Source of the DNA: an uncultured Candidatus Peribacteria bacterium
GTDB taxonomy: Bacteria; Patescibacteriota; Gracilibacteria; Peribacterales; Peribacteraceae
Reading direction: 5' to 3'
Assembly: GCA_964448615.1 (NCBI GenBank)
Contig: CAYUWH010000001.1
Location: forward strand, 54,146-103,401
DNA length: 49,256 bases
The notes under the pieces were generated by a model. That model made no database searches and was not told where the DNA came from. It was given only the letters and a program-made list of their open reading frames with translations. Both the position numbers and the translations under genes were made by a program. Positions 7,976 through 13,717 of this stretch are shown here, piece by piece; position 1 is the stretch's first letter, and every line of letters begins with the position of its first letter.

Positions 7976-9325
7976 TCAGCCAAACAATGTTTCTAATTGT
8001 TGCGTACCAGAAAAATAATGAGCATGACTTCGTTTTGTGCTCCGGACAAAGCCTAACTCTTTCAAAATTTTAAGATCATGAATTGCTGTTAATCTAGAGA
8101 TTTGATTTATATGCATATGCATCTTAATTGATGTTTCACCATCCTCATTCTTGTGAAGATATTGAAGCAGATTTATTTGTCGTTCGTTTAGTTTAAATTT
8201 ATCAACAGCAGTCGCATGCATTTGCTTGTTCTTCTGGGCCTTTTCTTTCACATAAGACTCAAAATCTTTAATTGCTACGTCTATTTTTTGCATGTGAAAA
8301 TCAATGAAATACGTTAGATCCAACTCATCTTGCTCTGCAAAAACGTATGCATTTCTATATTGGACAGGGGAGAGCCTAATTGCTTTGGATATGGGGTAAT
8401 AGGAAAATGCCCAATAATCTTTTCTTAGCAAATACCAGTAAAATAGCACTCTCGCCAATCTGCCATTTCCATCTGTAAATGGATGTAAGTATCCAATCCA
8501 AAAATGTAGCATTATTGCTTTAATGACTGGATGAATAAAGGCTTCATCAGATTCATCATTTGCGAAGGCAATCAACTTCTTGATTTCCTGCTCAACAAAA
8601 TGCATCGGAGGAGCTGTGTGATATACGATTCCAGAAGCCTGATCCATAACGACAATATGATCTTCTTCCGTTCTCCATCGCTCAATTTTACCAGTATTTA
8701 CTAAATCCTTAGTAAGCATCGCATGCATATCAATCAATGATTCAAATGTTAGTTTTTTGCCCTTCATTTCTTCTTCCACCTTTTTCATCGTTAAATAATT
8801 ATTGAGAATCATATTTTCTGATTCATTTTTCGGCTTTCTTTGCTCTCTTAAAAATTTCTTTGCATATTCCCGAGTGGTGTTTGCCCCTTCCAGCTGAGAC
8901 GAAGCTATTGCTTCTTCCATAATTCCTCTCATGAGCAATTTATACTTTAATTTTTCATCTATCTCGCTCGGATGTTCAACCATGAGAGTACCACCTGAAT
9001 TTAGATCTACTTCATGAAAGAATTTTTCTAATTTTGGAAGCTTAATCCATGTAAAATTGTGACCCTCTTCATTTTGCATCTCTGTTTTTTGAGCTGCACC
9101 CTTCCTCATAATTTTGACTGCTGTCCAAAATTCTTCCTTTGTAAAATCTTCGGGTACGAGATGCTCTTTTCTTTTAAAATCGATCCAAGCTAAATAAGTC
9201 TCATTTGGGCCATATGCATTCACTTTTTTGATCAATTCTTGAATATTGTGCTTTTCGAATAGCTTCAAAAAAACATCTTTTACTTCAATGCCTTTCATGT
9301 CTGGCTGTTCTAGCTTGTAAAGCAT
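7976..9325 (-). CDS. fic: Fic family protein (class II type with N-terminal inhibitory helix, C-terminal winged-helix-like region)
   Basis: It has the canonical Fic motif HPFTDGNGRLAR and the inhibitory motif SSQLEG, which fits (S/T)xxxE(G/N). The gene is markedly AT-rich compared with its flanks. Confidence 0.9.
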   Translation of the reverse strand: MLYKLEQPDMKGIEVKDVFLKLFEKHNIQELIKKVNAYGPNETYLAWIDFKRKEHLVPEDFTKEEFWTAVKIMRKGAAQKTEMQNEEGHNFTWIKLPKLEKFFHEVDLNSGGTLMVEHPSEIDEKLKYKLLMRGIMEEAIASSQLEGANTTREYAKKFLREQRKPKNESENMILNNYLTMKKVEEEMKGKKLTFESLIDMHAMLTKDLVNTGKIERWRTEEDHIVVMDQASGIVYHTAPPMHFVEQEIKKLIAFANDESDEAFIHPVIKAIMLHFWIGYLHPFTDGNGRLARVLFYWYLLRKDYWAFSYYPISKAIRLSPVQYRNAYVFAEQDELDLTYFIDFHMQKIDVAIKDFESYVKEKAQKNKQMHATAVDKFKLNERQINLLQYLHKNEDGETSIKMHMHINQISRLTAIHDLKILKELGFVRSTKRSHAHYFSGTQQLETLFG

Positions 9326-9345
9326 AACTGTATAAATTTAACTCT

Positions 9346-9373
9346 ATTATACACCTTTAGGATGGTTTTACAA
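9346..9373 (-). promoter_or_regulatory. fic promoter
   Basis: The minus strand reads TTGTAA (9368-9373), N16, TG-n-TATAAT (9346-9351), with about 14 nt of leader to the ATG at 9325. Confidence 0.55.
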
Positions 9374-9389
9374 GTATAAATGTATAATT

Positions 9390-9418
9390 TATACAGTAAC
9401 TATACAGTAACTATACAG
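9390..9418. repeat. three CTGTATA boxes spaced 11 nt apart upstream of the fic promoter
   Basis: TATACAG occurs on the plus strand at 9390, 9401 and 9412. An inverted fourth copy lies at 9328-9334, between the -10 box and the ATG. Confidence 0.7.
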
Positions 9419-10015
9419 CTACAAACTCCTTCTCCCCGCGATCGCTTCTTTCAAGGTAACTTGATCCGCGAATTCGATATCCGCACCCATCGGCAATCCG
9501 TGTGCCAAGCGTGTGACAGCGGGAACGACCGATTTCAGCTGCTCACGTAAATACGTCGCGGTCGCTTCCCCTTCGATATCCGGATCCGTCGCAACGATTA
9601 CTTCTCGGATGCCGCCTGCGCGCGCACGCTCAATGAGCTCGCGGATTTTCAGCTGTTCCGGACCCATGCCATCAATGGGGGAGAGGACACCATGCAACAC
9701 GTGATACAAACCGCGGTATCCGGTTTTTTCAAATGCAATCACTTCGAGCGGCTCTTCCACTACAAGCAGCATCGACGCATCGCGCTGACCATCACGACAT
9801 AATTCACACGTTTCTTCCGTAGTCACCATCTGGCATTCACGGCAATAGCGAAGCTGGGATTTTAAATCCAGGAGCGATCTTCCGAGTACCTCCGGCGACG
9901 CGCGCGAACTGCGCAGCAAATGAAACACTAAACGCTCCGCGCTCTTTGGCCCGATGCCGGGGAGTTTGGAGAACTCCTCGATGGTTTTGCGAATTTGCGG
10001 AGGTAGCAACGACAT
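9419..10015 (-). CDS. recR: recombination protein RecR
   Basis: It has the HhH motif LPGIGPKSAERL, a C4 zinc finger CRECQ...CELC, and a Toprim domain (ATDPDIEGEATA). Confidence 0.93.
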   Translation of the reverse strand: MSLLPPQIRKTIEEFSKLPGIGPKSAERLVFHLLRSSRASPEVLGRSLLDLKSQLRYCRECQMVTTEETCELCRDGQRDASMLLVVEEPLEVIAFEKTGYRGLYHVLHGVLSPIDGMGPEQLKIRELIERARAGGIREVIVATDPDIEGEATATYLREQLKSVVPAVTRLAHGLPMGADIEFADQVTLKEAIAGRRSL

Positions 10016-10105
10016 GGCGAGAGGATACCGAAGAAACCGAGGATACCGAAGAGTCCGAAGAAGAATTTTCCAATCCTCGGACTCCTCGGCTTCTTCGGAC
10101 TCTTC
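10016..10105. repeat. intercistronic hairpin built from 9-nt tandem units (copy A)
   Basis: The left arm is GAGGATACC GAAGAAACC GAGGATACC GAAGAGTCC GAAGAAG. The right arm is TCCTCGGAC TCCTCGGCT TCTTCGGAC TCTTC. It fills the entire smpB-recR gap. Confidence 0.8.
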
Positions 10106-10546
10106 TCATACGTCCAACCCTTTCTTCATCCTCCGTTCCACATCCCTCTCTTTAATCTTTGCCCGTTTATCCACCGTCTTTCTTCCGCGTGCGATGCCGA
10201 GCACTATCTTGATGTATTTTCCGACGTGCACTTCCAACGGAATAATCGCTATCCCTTTTTCCGCACTGAGCGCCTCGAGTTTTGCAACCTCGTCTTTCTT
10301 GAGAAGCAAAGGACGATCGTGCCCCGGATCGTAGCCTTCAAGACCGGAGGCAAACGCGTATTTCATAATTTTCGCGCTCTTGAGGATCGGTTTTCCCTGC
10401 CAAAAACTGACGTACGATCCGCGCAGATCCACGTGTCCCAGCCTGCACGATTTCACTTCATGTCCGGTCAGCACCATGCCGGCCTCCACCGTATCGGTGA
10501 TCTCATAATCGAAACGCGCGCGGCGGTTTTGAGCGACAGTTTTCAT
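10106..10546 (-). CDS. smpB: SsrA-binding protein SmpB
   Basis: It reads NRRARFDYEI...EAGMVLTGHEVKS...LLLKKDE and has a basic C-terminal tail, which is typical of SmpB. Confidence 0.93.
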   Translation of the reverse strand: MKTVAQNRRARFDYEITDTVEAGMVLTGHEVKSCRLGHVDLRGSYVSFWQGKPILKSAKIMKYAFASGLEGYDPGHDRPLLLKKDEVAKLEALSAEKGIAIIPLEVHVGKYIKIVLGIARGRKTVDKRAKIKERDVERRMKKGLDV

Positions 10547-10612
10547 GGATGCATACCAGCATAGCTGCTGGATTGCTCGTTCTGAAGGGGAGTTTTGACG
10601 AATCCGATTTTC

Positions 10613-10640
10613 TTGATGTAATCACTAAAAATTGTATGAT
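10613..10640 (+). promoter_or_regulatory. candidate promoter of Nudix gene
   Basis: The promoter is TTGATG (10613-10618), N16, TATGAT (10635-10640). Confidence 0.4.
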
Positions 10641-10685
10641 GTCATCAGAGACCGTTCTTTTCACACAGAAAGGAAGGAGAACGTC

Positions 10686-11201
10686 ATGAAGCGATCCGTC
10701 GGATTGCTCGTCGCCGTTCGGCTCGAAGGAGAGCTGTACATCGCCCTCCAGCGCCGCGGCAAGTGGAAGTGGAAGAAGGGCAAACTCGAAAAGGAATCGT
10801 ATCCCGGCGGCTGCCAGGTGCTTGCTCACGGAGGCCTGGAAGACGGCGAGGATTTCCTGGCCGCACTGATGCGCGAGATGCGCGAAGAGCTTGGCATTCG
10901 CTTCCGTGACGTCGTCCTGCACGAACACGACCGGGGCAACGTGCAACTCCTGCACTCCATCCAAACGGAGGAACAGGAAGTGCAAACCTTCGGCCTGCAG
11001 ATGGAGCCGTATCTGCTGGAAGTGATCCAGTTCCATGCTGGCACCGGCGGCCTCGAGCTGGTCACGCGCCACCATCATCTGCGCAACCTGAAGGATCCCT
11101 GCTTCTCCAAGCAATACGGCGTCACGGACCGGGAAATCTACGCCCTGTTCCCTGATGAAATCGAGGCTGTGAAGAAAGCATTTGAGCGATATTCCTCCTA
11201 A
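10686..11201 (+). CDS. Nudix hydrolase
   Basis: It has a perfect Nudix box, GGLEDGEDFLAALMREMREELGI, matching Gx5Ex7REUxEExGU. A strong SD GGAAGGAGA (10672-10680) lies about 5 nt upstream of the ATG at 10686. The annotated upstream TTG start at 10632 is unlikely. Confidence 0.85.
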   Translation: MKRSVGLLVAVRLEGELYIALQRRGKWKWKKGKLEKESYPGGCQVLAHGGLEDGEDFLAALMREMREELGIRFRDVVLHEHDRGNVQLLHSIQTEEQEVQTFGLQMEPYLLEVIQFHAGTGGLELVTRHHHLRNLKDPCFSKQYGVTDREIYALFPDEIEAVKKAFERYSS

Positions 11202-11217
11202 AGAATCCCGCTCTCTG

Positions 11218-11250
11218 GGCCTTACCTCCATGGTAAGGTCCATTTTTTGG
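11218..11250 (+). terminator. rho-independent terminator of Nudix gene
   Basis: A 10-bp stem GGGCCTTACC/GGTAAGGTCC is followed by TTTTTT (11244-11249). Confidence 0.75.
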
Positions 11251-11330
11251 TTGTAAAACGCTAATTGGCGACGTTTTTCAATTTCTTACGGATTAATTGA
11301 CAAAAACACCGAAATTGGTACTATTTACTT

Positions 11331-11470
11331 GGTCTGCGCGTATCCCTTCCGTCTTCGGGTGGAAGCGGTTACCCGTTCATCGGGGAAAACAAGAAGTACT
11401 GCAGACTTTGAACCACGGGCTCTCGCCTCTACAACCTAGCCGCGAGGGCCCGCTTCATACTGCAATTTTT
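11331..11470 (+). ncRNA. candidate small structured RNA of unknown class
   Basis: A promoter is present: TTGACA (11297-11302), N16, TACTAT (11319-11324). The closing stem is GGUCUGC/GCAGACU (11331-37 with 11401-07). An 8-bp stem with a UUCG tetraloop lies at 11346-11365, and an 11-bp stem at 11416-26 with 11442-52. A U-run follows at 11466-70. The only ORF here starts at the TTG of the -35 box. Confidence 0.3.
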
Positions 11471-11495
11471 CCACCCTGATCCGGCCCATTCTCGA

Positions 11496-12085
11496 CCCTC
11501 ATCCGCCGCGCCGAGCGCGGCACCTTCTCCCGTGAGCGGGAGAAGGAGGAAGAGTTGTTATTTTTAAGATCATAGCTCCATGCAGCCAAATAAGGTGATA
11601 TGATGATCTGCTATGTTTCACACACCCTCTCGGCGCTCTAGTCAGAGAGAAGAAAAAATTGTGTATGCAAAAAGACTGCGGCGGCGCGCAACTCCTGCGG
11701 AGGAGTTTCTGTGGAAAGCCATCAGAGCAAGGAAATGCAGTGGAATTAAATTCCGAAGACAAGTCCCTTTTGGTCCATATATCGTTGATTTCTGCGCATT
11801 AGATCTGCGTCTGATTATTGAAATTGATGGAGAAATTCATCATAACCAACAAGAGGCAGATGCAGCGCGACAAACTCTACTGGAAGAACGGGGTTTCCGT
11901 GTTCTACGCTTCAGCAATACACAAGTGTTCTTTGAACTTCAAAGTACTTTAGAAGTAATAAGCACAGTTGCAGAACAGCAACTTCTCCTTCTCCCGCTCA
12001 CGGGAGAAGGTGGCTCCGCAGAGCCGGATGAGGGTGGAAGGGCATAATGAGAAAATGCCCCGCTCGGCGGGGCGGATGAGGGCGG
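11496..12085. mobile_element. DUF559 endonuclease cassette bounded by ~55-bp inverted repeats
   Basis: The left end is 11496-11551 (CCCTCATCCGCCGCGCCGAGCGCGGCACCTTCTCCCGTGAGCGGGAGAAGGAGGAAG). The right end is its near-exact reverse complement at 11982-12037. An additional solo end module lies at 12057-12085. Confidence 0.65.
11613..12047 (+). CDS. DUF559 (Vsr-like endonuclease fold) protein
   Basis: It reads AKRLRRRATPAEEFLWKAIRARK..GIKFRRQVPFGPYIVDFCA....LIIEIDGEIH...D..R...L...GFRVLRFSN..V, matching the DUF559 signature. The C-terminal tail LLPLTGEGGSAEPDEGG is read from the terminal repeat. Confidence 0.85.
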   Translation: MFHTPSRRSSQREEKIVYAKRLRRRATPAEEFLWKAIRARKCSGIKFRRQVPFGPYIVDFCALDLRLIIEIDGEIHHNQQEADAARQTLLEERGFRVLRFSNTQVFFELQSTLEVISTVAEQQLLLLPLTGEGGSAEPDEGGRA

Positions 12086-12101
12086 AGAAAGTGAGCGCTC
12101 A

Positions 12102-12860
12102 CTAAAATCCAAATACGCGGAGAATTTCTTCACCATACACAAACGCCAGTATCGTCCCCATCACCAAAAATGGTCCGAAGGCGATGCTCTGTCCTGCCTT
12201 GGTTTTCTGCAGCAGCAATCCCGCGACGGCAAATGTCGCACCAATGATATACGCCGCCATCAGCGCGACGAGCATGAGCTGCCATGATGAAAGAAATAAC
12301 CCCATCGCACCGGCGAGCAACACATCTCCGCTCCCTACCCAGCGTCCTTTACTGACCGCCCACTGCAATCCGAAAAACGCGAGACCGATCAATGCCCCGC
12401 CGAACGCAAGGTCGCCGAGCCACCAATGCAGCGCCAGACCCATGATGGCGACAAGCAAGGAAAGGATATCGGGAATGGATTGCGTATGCGCGTCGATCAC
12501 CGCGATCAGCAGAAGCGCCCAGAGTCCGAATGCCGTCCACACGGCCGAGAGCGGCGACTCTGGAAATAGCGCAATTGCAAGCCAAAAAAGAATGGCGCTC
12601 GCACTTTCCACGAGCGGATACTGCCAGGAAATCCTATGATGACAGCCGCTGCATTTTCCTTCGAGCAAAAGAAAACTGATGACGGGAATCAGTTCATGAA
12701 GACGAATCGTTTTCCCGCAATAGGGGCAATGACTCCGTCCGCCAATACTCCGCTCTTCCGGCAGGCGCGCAATCAGCACATTTCCAAAACTCCCGAAGAT
12801 CAATCCGGCAATCGCAAACAACGTGGGGAGAAACCAGGCCGGCAGCGACTCAAGCAGCAC
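12102..12860 (-). CDS. pilD: prepilin peptidase (A24 family)
   Basis: The N-terminal region has a CPYC...CSGC zinc motif. The body is polytopic and contains the conserved Asp-bearing segments IAVIDA and GSGDVLL. Confidence 0.9.
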   Translation of the reverse strand: MLLESLPAWFLPTLFAIAGLIFGSFGNVLIARLPEERSIGGRSHCPYCGKTIRLHELIPVISFLLLEGKCSGCHHRISWQYPLVESASAILFWLAIALFPESPLSAVWTAFGLWALLLIAVIDAHTQSIPDILSLLVAIMGLALHWWLGDLAFGGALIGLAFFGLQWAVSKGRWVGSGDVLLAGAMGLFLSSWQLMLVALMAAYIIGATFAVAGLLLQKTKAGQSIAFGPFLVMGTILAFVYGEEILRVFGF

Positions 12861-12878
12861 GGTCCCGAGTATACCGTC

Positions 12879-13148
12879 TCATTTCTGCTCTGTCCTCTCT
12901 TGCATAATCTCTCTGGCGCGCGCGCCGATTTTGGCGAATGCTTCTTTTTGTGCCTCATCGGAAAGTGCAGGAGCGGATTCTACTGCTTGCGGCTTCAACA
13001 AATTTGCCTCAATCGCAGGCACTGAGAATTTAACCAGTTCATACATTCCCATCGCCACAATCACGCCGACCGCGGAGCCGCAAAGCTGTTTCCACAGAGG
13101 GGGTTTCGCGTTTTTGTCGTTGGATGTGTGTGTCATATTTCTTCTCAT
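12879..13148 (-). CDS. small single-pass membrane protein
   Basis: It has one TM helix (LCGSAVGVIVAMGMYELV) and sits 18 nt upstream of pilD. The start could be the second ATG (MTHTS). Confidence 0.45.
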   Translation of the reverse strand: MRRNMTHTSNDKNAKPPLWKQLCGSAVGVIVAMGMYELVKFSVPAIEANLLKPQAVESAPALSDEAQKEAFAKIGARAREIMQERTEQK

Positions 13149-13232
13149 TATAGCAAAAATTTATAAATTTGCATAGAGACACCTTTGTAGCGGACCTTAC
13201 GTAAGGTCCGCTATCACGCATTATTGAAATCC

Positions 13233-13616
13233 TTATTTCTTCCTCTTGAAGCTGCTCTTATGGAGATGCGGTTCAAACGGCTCTGCACGCTCAATAGGGC
13301 AGGGAAGGCTTGCTTCGGAGAGACCCGGGGGTAAATGCTGATCATAGCCCAAAATAAGGAGATCAGGCTTGAGGTCACGCAGCGGACGCGAGAAATCATG
13401 CGCATCACCGAGAACTACCGTGGCGCGAGGAAATGCGGCACGCACGGCAGCCGCCCGCTCCTCCTCCGTATGATCAGGCAACAAATTCTTAATCTTCCGC
13501 ACGTTTTCATCTCGCGCAATCACGACAAACAACTCTCCCTTCTTCTGCGCTTGGGATAAATAGGAAAGATGGCCAGGATGGAGATGGTCGAAGGTACCGA
13601 AGGTTAAGACACGCAT
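13233..13616 (-). CDS. cytidylyltransferase-like nucleotidyltransferase (HxGH family; RibL/TagD-like)
   Basis: The N-terminus GTFDHLHPGH carries the (H/T)xGH motif of the nucleotidyl-transferase alpha/beta phosphodiesterase superfamily. The protein is short, a single domain. Confidence 0.8.
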   Translation of the reverse strand: MRVLTFGTFDHLHPGHLSYLSQAQKKGELFVVIARDENVRKIKNLLPDHTEEERAAAVRAAFPRATVVLGDAHDFSRPLRDLKPDLLILGYDQHLPPGLSEASLPCPIERAEPFEPHLHKSSFKRKK

Positions 13617-13717
13617 GAGAAGAGTTCGAAGAAACCGAGGATACCGAGGAGTCCGAGGAAATGAAAATACACATCCTTGGACTCTTCGGCTTCTTCGGAC
13701 TCATCGGATTCCTCTGA
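13617..13717. repeat. intercistronic 9-nt-unit hairpin (copy B, homologous to 10016-10105)
   Basis: The left arm is GAAGAGTTC GAAGAAACC GAGGATACC GAGGAGTCC GAGGAAA. The right arm is TCCTTGGAC TCTTCGGCT TCTTCGGAC TCATCGGAT TCCTCTG. It fills the whole gap between a stop codon (13718) and a start codon (13616). Confidence 0.8.

Noticed and set aside
7654-7983. Three overlapping minus-strand ORFs (60-109 aa) across the GC-rich patch at 7635-7983.
   Set aside because: All frames are open because of GC richness. Only the plus-strand ORF has a promoter, an SD and a hydrophobic product. Even that call is kept at moderate confidence.
10016-10105. A possible CRISPR array, given the short tandem repeats at 10016, 13617, 15852 and 30934.
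   Set aside because: The units are only 8-9 nt, are contiguous with no spacers, and are arranged as inverted arms. No cas genes are present. None of this is compatible with CRISPR.
9946-10155. ORFs translating as EDTEETEDTEESEEE or SSVSSVSSVSS across 10016-10105 and 13615-13812.
   Set aside because: These read straight through the two arms of the 9-nt-unit hairpins. The periodic amino-acid repeats are a by-product of the nucleotide repeat. No start context is present.
10503-11243. A 246-aa minus-strand ORF covering the Nudix locus.
   Set aside because: It is antisense to a gene with a perfect Nudix box, an SD, a promoter and a terminator. It stays open only because the segment is GC-rich.
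11297-11479. A 60-aa ORF in the Nudix-DUF559 intergenic region.
   Set aside because: Its start codon is the TTG of a TTGACA -35 box. It has no SD, and the sequence is dominated by stable stem-loops. It is treated as a candidate ncRNA instead.
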